Assembly: GCA_904063045.1 (NCBI GenBank) | Contig: CAJFCJ010000028.1 | Coordinates: 124,001 to 188,000, forward strand | DNA: 64,000 bases | Source: Dimorphilus gyrociliatus | Taxonomy: Eukaryota; Animalia; Annelida | Reading direction: 5' to 3' | Part shown: positions 24,862 through 38,100 of the stretch, one piece after another | Layout of the letters: each line of letters begins with the position of its first letter | Numbering within the stretch: the stretch's first letter is position 1 | Notes under the pieces: model-generated | Database searches by the model: none | What the model was told of the DNA's origin: nothing | The model's input: the letters and a program-made list of their open reading frames with translations, nothing else | Made by a program: the position numbers and the translations under genes

Positions 24862-27475
24862 TTAAACGCTGATTTTTGATTCATAAACTGCCAAAAGAGT
24901 TAATGCGGCTATTCCAATTAGGGCTCCCATATTTACAATAACAATAAATAAAACTTTCCTTGAATACTTTTGTAAATTTCTTCCTAACTGGCCAATCATA
25001 TTTACTAAAGCAATGTAAAGGAACATACCACCAGCAACCGCAAAAATCCATTGTCGAACGCTTTCGTCAACTGCCAATGCAACTCCAACAATTCCACCAA
25101 CAAAACAAGATAAAGCCGACAAACCATTTAATAAAAGTGCCTTCTTCAGTGATAAACCACAATCTACCAATAAGGCTAAGTCGCCGAATTCATGAGCCAA
25201 TTCGTGTATGAAAACTGCTATAGTTGTACTTATTCCACTGGTAGTTGATAAGGAAAATGCAGCACCTATTTGAACACAATTTAGATTTAAATTACTAATG
25301 TGACCAACTTTTTTATAAAAGAAACTCGCCTATAATAAGACCATCAGCAAAATTATGAACACCATCTCCTATTACAATCATAATGGACGTAGAATGACGA
25401 TGATGATCGTGAGAATGTTGTTCATTCGTTTTACCCTTTTCTCTCATAGAGATATCAATGTCATTGCTGTTTTCTTTTCTTGACGATGAAATTGCTACAA
25501 TGACCAATTCCAAAATGAAAAAAAAATAGATAGCTGCCAGAATTCCTAAAGCTTTTTGCGTATAAGGCTCCAAAACTACGTCACCACCTTCGTGTTCGTG
25601 ATCATGCATACCAAAAGCTTCAGGCATTAAATGTAATAGGGAATCGGTAACTAAGACGCCAAATCCTGATGCAACAAGAGTAGAAAGGATCACTTCGAAA
25701 TGTGAAAACTTGTAACAAGGTCGAAGAACAATTCCGAATAGAGCACATATACTAACAATAAATACTGCTAACATGGTATAGCCGTATTTTTCAGCTCTTG
25801 TAGGAGGTTCCTTAACAACTTTCTGTTCTATTGGCTTCTTGCATGAACCGAACATTTGTTGGTGAATTAAAGCTGGACAAATTTTTTCCAATTGTTCTCT
25901 ATTAACTTTATCTTTGAATTGAAATATCTTTAGTAAGTCGCTGGATGAATAGCAAATAGAATTTATTTTGGGTTCTTCATGCACTGAACGCTTTCTTCTT
26001 CTTCTGTGATCGTGACCTTCGTGACCGGGTTCTTCAGTAGATTTATTTGCAGCGTTACCGATTTCAAGTTTCTCTGTTATATGTTTAAAGTTAGATAAAT
26101 CAATTGATTCATGTGCCTGCTTTCCAAAGTGTTCAAAAATTGCAGAAGAAAATTCTGTAGGAAATGGAAGAGTTTTGTTTTCAATTGAACAATTTTTTGG
26201 TTTATACTGTAATTTTGATAAAAGATAAGAAGTCAAAGTTGATGATATTACGACGGGTCTGCTAGAGATGCTGCCACTATTGGCTTTATATAATAAAATA
26301 TCAACATTAAAACAATCTTGTTCATGCTTATGTTCGCCTTCATGTTCATGAGCTCCTTCGTCATGCTCTTCATTATGCTCTTCATCATGCTCTTCATCAT
26401 GATCGGCCCCATCCTCCTTTAATTTTTTAGCTAATTCATCAACTAGTTTATACACTTTACTATCGCTGTCAAGCTTTTCTGTAAAAATTGATTTGCTAGT
26501 ATCAAATTCAGCTTTCTTTTTGTTGTTTGTTGCATTACAAAGATTAGGGAATGTCAAGGATGTTTGTAAAATAATTGCAGCAAACTTATCAAAATCTTGT
26601 TCTTCTAAGAAAGTTTTGTTGAAGTATTGAAGAATTTCCTCCTTTTTAAGGCAATTCTAAAGAATAATAACTCTTTTTAGATTTTGACAATCCATACATG
26701 CAAATACAGAAAATGCAGCAAAGACCAGAATATGATTTTGAATATTTATACGCCTAAACTTTTAACGGATATCAGCTATTTTTTATGGTTTTGCATATGT
26801 CCTGAAAGAAATTCACTATAAGGAAATAGGATAAAAAAGAAATTGGTAATTTTAAAAACCAGTATATTATTAATTTAGTAGCCTATATTTAACAACTGAA
26901 AACATTATACATTATATTTTTAAAGCATTATAAAAGAGATTGTAAGAAGGAATAAAGAGGAAATGTTAAAGTTAAACAGAGTGAAACGAAATACATGACT
27001 TGTATGTTTGGGAAAGGCATTGAAAAGCCTATAAAAAGACATATACATTTGTTAAGGTATTCAGAATGAGTCATATTATTTAGATTCACTAGCCTCGGTT
27101 AAGTTTTCATTATATAGCAAGAAATTCAAAAAAATGTCCCTCATTATCATTTTATATACTTAAAATTCTAATTTTTTACCAATGAAAAAAAAAGGATGAC
27201 AATTTATGCTAATCAACTTAAAATATCGCAAATAATAGAAAAAGAACGTTTTTATTTACCTGACATATTTTTGATAAATTCTCTTCGCAGTTTAATCTAT
27301 TAAAATATCTGTGAAGAATAATCTCCAACATCGAATCGGTTATAATATTTTCTTGAAAATTGGTGATATTTTCATTACGAAGTGAATTTATAACTCTATC
27401 GAAGGGATGTTCTCCTCTGATAACAGTTATAAATGAAAAACATAAAAGGGCTTTTGAAACCAAAGAAAAACACAT
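24862..27475 (-). CDS. SLC39A: LIV-1 subfamily ZIP zinc transporter with a long ectodomain (ZIP4/ZIP12-like); exons 27475-~27260, 26656-25330, 25265-24862
   Basis: Signal peptide MCFSLVSKALLCFSFITVIRG, ectodomain NRLNC...ICQ|NCLKKEEIL, CPALIHQQ, DSLLHLMPEAFG, IVIGDGVHNFADGLIIG|AAF, HELAHEFGD and IFAVAGGMFLYIALVNM. His-rich linkers. Confidence 0.9.
26357..26402 (-). repeat. Coding 12-bp tandem repeat encoding HDEE-HDEE-HNEE-HDEG
   Basis: CATGATGAAGAG-type units on the minus strand within the ZIP ectodomain. Confidence 0.75.
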
Positions 27476-28303
27476 TTTTTGCAACTGCTACGTGAAGCAA
27501 AAATGAGCTTTAAAGGGGTGAGTTGTGAATTCCTTGGCCAAGAGCGCATCCAGAGGAAAAATTCATTATGTCGTTGTTTAATGACGAAATTGAAAAGTAT
27601 ATCTCATTCTATCTTTAATTTTATTAAATATAAATTATATATTGTTAAATTATCTAAGTATAGGTAGATAATTCATTATATGTAAACGTTGAAACAATAA
27701 TTTAATTCTATAAATCGCCCCCTCGCCCAACCTTTAAGTCGGCTAAATGACCTATTTCAAGTTTTTTTGCACACAGCTACAATAGTCATTATTGTTACTC
27801 AAATTCTTTGACCTCGTCTATCACATGAAAAGAATAATACATTTTTACTTTATAAATCGCTATTGATCCTTAAAAATTATTCTATTCAAAAAATTATTTT
27901 ACACAATGTCGTGCAATACTGTTTATTCGATTTTCGATTTACTTTCATAGAAACTAAGTTTAGGATCTCAATTTTTTTTTGGTCAAAATTAGGCAGATCT
28001 ACAGTTAGTCTTATATATTGACTATTGTATTTTGTATTAAATGGATAATAAATGGTAATCTTATCCCATTCCCCTTATGACAACGTTCCTTATTTCACTT
28101 AATTCTATAGTAATATTAATTGTAAAAACTGGTAAAGAAAACAAAATAAAAATAATGAAGCATTACAATATTGATCAGTGAGTAGGTATTAAAGACAATA
28201 ATGAATACATTTTATACTATGACCATTTCAGTAGTGAATAACAACGTTTAACACTGTTTTAACTTGATCAAAATTTCATTATAAGAACAAAGTTTTTCAG
28301 AAT

Positions 28304-28395
28304 GGGACAGTGGTCTAGGGGTATGATTCTCGCTTTGGGAAGGCTCAATACTTCAAATATGCGAGAGGTCCCGGGTTCGAATCCCGGCTGTCCCC
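28304..28395 (+). tRNA. trnP-TGG: tRNA-Pro(TGG) with a 20-nt intron (28340-28359) at position 37/38
   Basis: Acceptor stem GGGACAG/CTGTCCC, A-box TGGTCTAGGGG, anticodon arm CTCGC-TT-TGG-G|T-GCGAG, B-box GGTTCGAATCC. The mature length is 72 nt, and a T-run terminator starts at ~28401. Confidence 0.95.
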
Positions 28396-28668
28396 TATAA
28401 TTTTTTTTTTCAATGAGGTTTTTTGGTATTGTTTCTTTATACATATATAATATCATGTTACGAAAAGGTAGCTATTTAGTGATTTTTTTACTAGTTAAGT
28501 GTAATTTAGTACAGATTTCATTTTTTATATTAAAATATAATATTTCTAAATAAAATTTATAGTAATACGATAAGTGATTAAATAATAGAGATTAGTTTTG
28601 TTATATTTTTAAGCACTACTAGCATAATACACACCTGGCTCTTGAAAGAAACACACAATTGTATAATA

Positions 28669-30364
28669 ATGCTAATTAAGTTAACTTTGACGGTTCTTAC
28701 AGGTAATGAAGAATGTAATAGATTAAATATAATCTATCTAAATGGTATTACTTTCTAATTATAGTTGTCCGTATCTCGGTCACTGATGTAATACCAAAAC
28801 CTTGCGATTTGAAGTGGGCTGAAGGAGTTTGGCTGGGAGCTGACAATAATAATGAACTCCAAATAAGAGACAACCATCTAACGTTATACGGTTTCGATTG
28901 GAAATGTGAAAAAGAATGGGAAGGAAAGAATCTATTCCAAAGTCGTAATGTTCATGGATCAAATACAACTACAGATTATCTTATTTGCATTCAATTAAAG
29001 AAGCTAAATAAGAATAAATTATTTTATGGAATGACCACCAAGACAAAAAGTAATACATTTCTTACAGTTGAGGCTGGTCACGAGAAACCCTTAGATTATA
29101 CTTGTAACGATAAAATTGACGTAATAAACTTTTATATTTATACTAGAAAGGAGACAAAATTAGACAGATCAACTTGCCCTCTTCCATTAAGAGAGCATTG
29201 GTCTATCGAAAGTCCTTGTAAGGGTAAATTAGAAGTTTGTTTAGACATTTATACAGTTGAGATTAATCCCGATAAAAGCTGCAAAGAAGAAAATCTAAAA
29301 CAAAGCTTACAACTTTACTGCCTATATAGCGTTAACTACGGAGGCTATAACTATACTATTGTGGCAAATAGCAATTACAAACCGGAAGAAGGAAAACCGC
29401 AATTCTATTGCATGGTAGGCCTAAAAAATTATTTTATATTATAATATATTGTAGTACACAACAAGTGTTATCTAAAAGAAAATGCTATAAATAGATAATA
29501 AAGAAGATGTAGGTTACTAATAAACTAGAATTTTATTAAAAGAAAGAAGAAAAAAGTTGATTAAAAAACAATGTAAGATTTCATCTATCTATTCCTATAT
29601 ATATATATATCTTTATAAAAGAAACTAATAAAAGGATATATAATAATTAAAGAAGAAATTATTAGAAATTTAAATATAATAAATAGGACATAAGGGGAGA
29701 ATATGTATTATAAGTATAAATATAAAAATGCATATTTGTATATATACTGTAAATTTATAAATGTATATATATATATATATACAGTATGTATGTCATATTT
29801 CTATATTATTTTATTATAGCTTTTTATAATTCATAAAAGTTTCCCTTAGTCTGCAGATTTTTAGTGTCTTTATGACAGAAGAATACCTAGTTAGCGATAT
29901 GTATATATTGTATCTACAATTACATAATATATATATATATATATATATATAAGTTAAAATACTAATAGTAGTAAAACTTGTAAAAAAAGATCTTTATCCA
30001 TATTTTTCATAGTTTAAATGTTTATTCCTTAGCAATCGAAACGAACGAACGGGAAGAATAGTACCGAATTGAAAATTGCTAAAATTGAAAATCCAAAGAA
30101 ATATTATTGCGAAATGTTTCCAGATCCGGAAAATGTGGATTATCATATAAATGCTAAGTTAGGTAAGTAAATAAATAAATATATATATATCTTGCATATG
30201 TCTATTGTCATGTATAATAGCACGTAACGTATGCATTCTATTCAGAAAAAGAATGCTACGAAGATATAACTGCACAAAAAGGGAGGACGACAGGAAATGC
30301 TGTTGTTTTAAAATCAAATTGCGGATTATTTATCTTATTAGCAATGTTTATTAATCTTTATTAA
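28669..30364 (+). CDS. Orphan Cys-rich secreted protein, probably GPI-anchored, 4 exons
   Basis: Signal MLIKLTLTVLT|VVRISVT; exon 28765-~29415 with spaced Cys; exon ~30033-30161; terminal exon 30246-30364 ends ...TGNAVVLKSNCGLFILLAMFINLY (hydrophobic C-terminus). Splice phases are consistent. Confidence 0.65.
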
Positions 30365-30650
30365 TTTTATTAATTTATTTATTTATTCAGGAAAATAAAC
30401 AAGACGAAATATATCCGCAATTATATCCATTTATTGTCTCTTTGCTCCACCTACACATGTATTATTATTATAATAACAATGAAAAGATCTGCAAAATTAT
30501 AATTTATACTAATTAATATATAGTTTATTAATATATATATGTAAAACAATTACATATTACAATTACAATTAAGTCGTAAAACGTAGTATGCACGGCAGAT
30601 AAAATAAAGCGTCATCAGTCTCGTCATGTCATTTCTAAAGAGAGAGCGTT

Positions 30651-32351
30651 ATGTTCAAATTAAAAAGTTTTATTTTTTTATGCATTTTGAGCACTACGTT
30701 GTGCATTAGAGCTAATGAAGAACATTTTGCCAAGGATTGGAGAAAACTTTGTTTGTTGGATGGAACTTGTTTGGAAAAGAAGAACGATGTGATAAGAGGA
30801 AGAGTAGGAGGTTTCGGAAAACGGAATATTGTTGTTGGACGTTTAGGGAGGTATAATATAAAATGTTAATGTGTATAGATAATATAGTTGTATGTCAAGA
30901 AAATAAGTAAAGCTTATAAAAGTTGTCTTATTTATTCATTTGGCTGTTTCTTTTCAAAGCAAAGTGATCTTTAGACAAACTCTATGAAATCTTTTTAAGA
31001 AAACTCTTTATATTTTATACAGGAAGTGTAAATTTTGATCTAAAATGTGTTGCTGTAAAGATGAATGTTGGAAAAGACTACATAATTAGCAAGAGTACAT
31101 GTCTCATATTAAATTCTAAAGAACTAAATTAATTATTAAACTGAACTGTTAAATAATCAGTGAATGTAAAATAAGAAAAAGATGATCTAAATTCAATCCT
31201 AATGAGATCTTTTAAGTTAAACTAATAATAGTATATAGACATTATGTGTACTGTATTAATATAAATCCTCCCTCTCTCATTTACCTCCTTTCTATTCCTT
31301 TCTCTTTGTCTATTTTCAGAGAACAAACTGAAAATATCTTATATCCTACAATTATTATTTAAATAGAAGTCCTTGAAATTACTTTAACATGTATAAATTA
31401 TCATAGAAAGACTAAAATATTTCTAAATAAATAATAATAATGAAAGAAAAAAGGAAAGAAAGAGAATTATTATTATTATTATTATTATACTCCTTTCGTT
31501 TACAAAAAGAAAAGTATGGAAATATATATATAGGTAATAATAGAAAAAACAAACTGTTTGTATGCCTTTCCCTCCCCTTTTAGATATAGTTGTTAGTCAT
31601 TTAATATATTATCCAACTTATATTTTTCATAATTAAAATACTATAGTTATACTTTATAAATTTTATAGAAATATTCATAATGCTATGATGGATTTAGTGA
31701 CTGTGTTTTACATTTTTAATGATAAAAACTATATTGGTGTTACATACTATTCTTCCTCTCCTTTAGATCAATTACTCCATGAATGCAATACGAAAAAATA
31801 TACTTTCTCTATTCCATCAGTGAGAAAATGTAATGCATAATTAACAAGATTAGATAATGAGTATTTCGTTTATTTATATTTTCGTATTCAATTCAATAGC
31901 ATACGAGAGAGAGAGAGAGAACGTCGACCAAATAGAATAGAAATTTATCAGTAACTATCTTTTGAGGATGGAGGAAAGACTAACAACCGATACCCTCTAT
32001 AAATTCGTTAAATAAAACAATTATAGTATACTTTTTTTATTGAATTAACCTTGCTTGATATTCATGCGTCCTACGCTAATCCTCTCTTTGTCCTTAAACC
32101 CTATGTCCTATCACATTTCTAATATGAAGTATATTTATTTATATATGTATACTGCAAATATTCGTTTATTGTAATTATATTACACACAAACATGTACAGT
32201 ATACATCAGTTAATAAATTAATAAAACCAAGTACCATTGTACAATCTATATGTCTTCAAATACGGTCAATTCATTATTATATTATTTCAGATTTGGAAAG
32301 AGAAATGTTCAAGACAATTGGGAAGACCTACTATCCCTAATAAACAATTAA
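30651..32351 (+). CDS. Neuropeptide precursor, 2 exons (30651-30850, 32291-32351)
   Basis: Signal peptide, a CLLDGTC loop, KK, NDVIRGRVGGF-G-KR, then AG|gtataa...ttatttcag|A TTT GGA AAG AGA giving NIVVGRLGRF-G-KR and an acidic spacer NVQDNWEDLLSLINN*. Confidence 0.7.
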
Positions 32352-32477
32352 ATGGGCTTATATGCTTTAAAAAATTTGAACGCTTTAGTGTATATTGTTG
32401 TCCGAAATCAAAGAGAGCAAAAATTATTTTACGAGTATTGTTTTTATAAACATTTAAGTATGGAATGCTTAATTTAG

Positions 32478-34057
32478 TCAAAGTAAAGATGGTGTTTCAT
32501 CAGAATTATCAATTTCAAATGTTGATCCGGTAAAACAAGTTGTTACTGGTATTGATGCCAATGTTCCCGTCGACTGTGGTATTAAGGGACTTGGCAGCAT
32601 ACTACCGTCTGTAGGAGTTTCTGCGTCGGGAGCAATAGGTTTCTTTAATGAAATTGGAGTTTTTTCAATAACTTCTGTCAATTTCCTGCGGAAATCTTGC
32701 TCAAAATTTATCATATCTGTTTGAAGCATCTCTACTTCGTTGGCCAAACTTTTTTGGCCAACTAATAATTCTTCTAATACAGTAAAATTCAATTTCATTA
32801 ATCTTAGTTGTTCGCAACCGTAAACTTTGCCCGGATCGCCAGGTATTGCTTCTCCTCTCATATAACGTTCAAATTCTTCGTAGGGCATAGATAATGAATC
32901 GGCATCTAACTGAGCGATAAACTGTAAGGCTCCACTTAGATTCGTAAAATAATATGCCTGAAATACGTTAATGATGTATTATTTAATTTACTTGGACTCG
33001 ATAGCTATCCATAATTATACTATTCAACTATTGTTTACCTGCTCACCAGATCCTAGTCTCTCAGGACTCGCGAATCTCATTATATAGCTTTCATTCGATT
33101 TTAGAAGAGGAGGGTTTGCTCGTAAAACCACAAATATTAAGGCTGGTAAAAAATTATCAGCAGAGACCGGTTGATCACTCGACGCTTTTAGAGCGGTCAT
33201 TATGTGTTGTGAACACAGCATTATACATTCTAGCTTGTCAGAGGGAGTTTGTTTAGAATTCAAGTCAACAATTGCGTGAATGGCAGAGTCCAGTGCCTCG
33301 CTTGCAGCCGGTTTAGTTTCATCGATTCCGGCGTCTAATAATTGAGCATTTAACCAGTGTAAACTTCTAATTCTATTCTGAAGAGTCAGATCTTCCTGTT
33401 CATCATCTGGAGGACTAAATACCTCACTATAGGTCAATTGACATACGCATTTTTCTAATTTATCTAAAATTGTACGCCTCTCCGACATATTTAATTTAAT
33501 AAACGCATTCTCTGTTTCTAATTTTTCGGCCACTGAATTATACAACTCCTGAACTATATCTGAGCTATTTTCAACCGTTATTCCAGATTTAATTTTATCA
33601 ACGACGTTCCTAGTTTTCTTTAGAATTTCTAGAGCACCATCCTTCTTCGATTTACCGAGACTCTCGGTTAATTGTGCGTAAGGATTTACTCTATCTTCTT
33701 GAGAATCTTTCCCGTCAATTTTCCTCTTTAGGACATCCTTTAATCGTCTTTTTCTTTCAGTTTTCGGAGACGATTTCGGTACATCAGAACTATGTTAGTC
33801 GTAATACAACAAACAGCATGAAATTTTGTTTATTTCTATATATTTAATATGTTATAGTACCTTTCATCTATACCAACAATTTGCTTTGGAATTGGTAAAG
33901 TCTTATGATTAGTTTTCTTTAAATTCTCCCTATTATATTCCCTCCAACAAGATGAACAGTATCCTTGCCATTGAACATTTCCATAGAAGCCACATTTATT
34001 TTTGCACATCTTCACAGTCTCAATATGAATTTTACTCGGCTTCTTTTTCGAGAACAT
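32478..34057 (-). CDS. RABGEF1: Rab5 GDP/GTP exchange factor Rabex-5, multi-exon
   Basis: A20 zinc finger CKNKCGFYGNVQWQGYCSSCW; VPS9 domain PSDKLECI...SADNFLPALIFVVLRANPPLL; C-terminal coiled coil. Confidence 0.93.
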
Positions 34058-35145
34058 AATTGCGGTTTTTATTCCCTATTTTCTATGAATATAAACAGTA
34101 AAAATTATATCAATTTTTTGAATAAAAGGTCGAACGACCAGATTAGTAATGGGCGTATGGGCTGTTTATTCTCTACGAATAAAAAGAACCTGACGAACAT
34201 AGGTAAAGTATTTTTCTATTTACCCATTTAAAAGTCTTTTCAGAATCATAAGAATATATGAATACGAAAAGAGTAATTTTTAACAGAAATATTTAAATTC
34301 TTTCTAAAGGACACTTCCTTATACTTACAGAAAATAGTAAGAAAACAATCGTTCCCTATAGCTGAATAAAAAATTGATCCTTACTAAGATATGGATGACT
34401 TATAATCAGCTGTCAAGAAAATATTATTTCTTATCAAAAAAAATGATCAGAATCGTGATTGCTTATGCATTAGATAAGAAACTCTCGCTTTCACCTATTT
34501 TACAAATATCGTACTTGCTGCAAGAAATATCAACTTGGCGAAATAAATGACGTAGTTGAGTACCATATCAACAACAACACAAAGAAAATAATTCAATAAA
34601 TTTTTAATATGTCTCTTACATAAATGGCAACACATTTAAATAAATTTAAGTAAAGGACTGTGATTTCTTTAAATGAATTATAGAACCTAAAAGTAAAGAT
34701 GACAAATTTTATATGCAGTATACTGTCTATATATAGGACAAAAAGTATTGAAATAATGAAATAATAAGAGTTTTTTTCCCACACGTTTCACTGAATAAAT
34801 GTTACAAAACAAAACAATAGAAGTTCATTGTCAAAAAGAAACGACTATTAATGAAGATATATTTGCTCTTTTATTAAAATTTTCTTTTTCAAAGTATAAC
34901 AACATACTTTTTCGTTGTTATTTCCACGTTTGAGCGATAATTAAGGCCGTTCCTAATTGAACTCATTACAAACTATGTATAGGAAATGGAAGGTAGAAAT
35001 GAATTCAAGGGCTGAAAATGAGGAGGAAATCTATAACGTAAAATAACTATTTCTCCCACTTTAACTATTATAAGTAATCATAAATAACCGTATCAATGTA
35101 TAGCTAAAGTTTCTTGAAAAAAAATTGAATGGATCATATTCTAAC

Positions 35146-38100
35146 ATGGAAAGTGAGTTAATTAAGAATTATTCTCCTTTGTAATTATAGTATGCGATTT
35201 AAAACAAACGGGCTTAATTCTTTTGTTATAAAATTAGAACAAGGAATATATCTTTTCTTTTCAATTGACCATCATATATTCATTCATTAAGAATGTGATA
35301 ATTGTCTATCAAATCATTCTATTATCTATATGTGCCAATTCTAGTGTTTATTCATCCTGAATAGATTAAATATTTTACTAAATCTGTTCTCTTATTTACA
35401 AACCTTTTTAAACCACATAAATGATCTTCGATAATTACTTTTCAGAGAGAAATAGCTCTCAAAACGAATACAAGTATTTTGCAGATGATGATATTTTCCA
35501 TAAAAACAATGCTCTAACAAAAGATGAAAGCGAAAATCAAAATCAGAATTGGCAACGTACTAATATAGAGGTTCTACTATTTAACAACAAAATGAAGGTT
35601 ATAAATCTACTGTTCTCTTTTTCTTTTTAATAAAAGCAACCATCAAATTTGAAAGATATTGCTAGAGGATGCCTCAAAAATCTTCCAACAGTCGTATCAA
35701 GCATTATTAAAATTTTTATTAGCTCGACATTTACTGGTAAAGTATTTGTTTTGTTTGTCTTTCTTGACCTTGTAAACACGCATAAACTCTTAGACATGAG
35801 AGAGGAGAGAAACAATCTTTACATCCGAGCTTATCCTATCTTGAGAGAATTTTGCGCAGAGAAAGGTTTAGATTTTCTAGTATCTGATATGCGTTGGGGA
35901 ATAACGGATGATGCCATAAACGGACACTCGCTAGTAGATATATGTTTGAAAGAAGTTGAAAGTTGTAAATCAGTATCTGCAGGGCCTCATTTCGTGGTAT
36001 ATTATTATATCATATTTTGTTAATAGCATATGTTTACTGAATTTTTAAAATTATGATATATTTCGTATTTTAAAGGCAATAATAGGGAATAAATACGGCT
36101 TTATACCGTCTCCAAGTTCAATATCAAAGGAAAATTTTGAATTATTTTGTGAAATGTTAAAAGATGGACACACAGACGATTTAGAACTTTTAAAGACTTG
36201 GTATATAAAAGATGAATCATCAAAGAAAAAGCGCTACATTCTCATTGTAACAATAACAACACATACGTCTTTAGTTTCTTTCTTAAAAATTAACTTTCAT
36301 AATTAACAGCCATTAAAGAAATATTTCCCAAATTACAATACCGATATCGAGCAACGTAAGGAGTGGGAGAAAATCTCGGAAAGACTACAGAATACTATGC
36401 GATTTTGTTCTTCAAGATTAAAACCGGAAGAGTACCGTTTATATTTCACATCGAGTATATAACATTTCTATTATGATGTGTTTAAATGATAGTCTGACTC
36501 ATTACAATTTTTATTTAGTTACGGAAAAAGAGATTGAAAGTGGATTATTGAGAACTTTGAATTCGTCAGAAAGAAGTGCAGTATTTATAAGAAACTTTTC
36601 CAGTCCAAATATGGAAGATAAAATTATTCCTAGATTTTTCGATGTTAAGTACTCGGAAGAAAAGAGAAAAAACTTAGATAATCTTATTGAAAATAAGATA
36701 CCATCAGCTCTGAAAGATGATGGAATTATTAAAAAGTATGAAATTCCATGGACAGAAGAGGGTGTTAATCCTTCTAGTGCAATTCATAAAGAATATTTGG
36801 ACAATTTTATAACCGACTTTGTTGAAACGATGAAAAATCTTATTGAAAATGCAAGCAAAATTAACACTACCTATTTTTCAACTTATAGCCATTTAGAAGA
36901 AATTCTACATCATTCAAGAATAAGTTTAGATAAATGTTCCTCATTTTCTGGAAGAGAAAATGATTTGAACGAAATACATAAATATATCGAAGATACAGCC
37001 TGTACTACTCCATTAGTTATTTACGGTAAATCTGGTGTTGGTAAAACAGCATTCGTAGCAAAATCAGTGGAATTAATTTATGGTTTATATCCTGAAAGTG
37101 TTATTATTCAACGATATTTAGGAACTTCTCCAAAAAGTTCTAGCGCTGTATTACTACTTCAGAACCTTATACAGCAAATATGCATGGTCTTTGAATTGCA
37201 AGATATATGGTCGAATGCATCTAATATATTAACATCTCTCAGTAAAGATTTTATGATGATTCTTGAATATATTTCTTCAAATTTTTTGAACGAAAATCTC
37301 AAATTATTTATAATCTTAGATTCTTTGGATCAGCTGTCAAATAATCTAGATACAAGTTGGATACCAGAGTTTTTACCAAAATATTGCAAAATTATCTTTT
37401 CAACTTTACCAAATGAAACTTTAACCAAGCTAAAATTTAAAATACCAAATTTAAAGCTATTACATGTTAAACCACTTTTAAAGGCAGTTTGCTTGGATAT
37501 AATTCAATCACATCTTGAAAAGAGATCAAGATTATTAACAAAGAAACAATGGGAAATTTTGGAAAATTTCTTTGAAGCAGGGGCCGATGCCTTACATATT
37601 AAGTTAATAGCGGATACAGTTATCCAATGGAAGTCTTTTTTCGTTGAAGAAGAATCGTTAGCAAAAACTGTTAAAGAAGCTATTAAAAAAGTTTTCCTGA
37701 AGTGTGAGGCTGAGTTGGGTTCAACTTTTGTTCAATACGCTTTAGGCTTTATAAGTACATCAAAGCAAGGATTAACCGAAATCGAATTATCGGATGGACT
37801 ATCTACTACAAATGACGTTCTGGATTCAGTTTATGTTTATCACTCACCTCCCTCCCTCGAAACAATACAAATACCACCTCTGCTGCCTGCTAGATTGTTA
37901 AGCGTGCTTTCAGAATATCTCACAAAGAGGAAAGTGGACAAAAAAAATGTCTTATTCTGGTATCATAGACAATTTTGGGAGACTGCGTACGACATGTACG
38001 TTGAGAATTTTAGCTTGGCTCCGAAAAAAATGCTTTATTATAACATGCTAGAAATATATACCTCTTCTGATGGAATTAAAAAAGACTTAGTTCTATCTAA

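Noticed and set aside
28268-28456. Minus-strand 62-aa ORF containing GQPGFEPGTSR
   Set aside because: It is the antisense reading of the tRNA-Pro gene, a well-known artefact.
30651-32351. Assigning the neuropeptide to calcitonin (C-x5-C loop), NPF (intron position) or CCK/sulfakinin (GGxRF)
   Set aside because: It lacks the C-terminal Pro-amide of calcitonin, the ~36-aa RxRF peptide of NPF and the DY motif of CCK/SK, so it is left unassigned.
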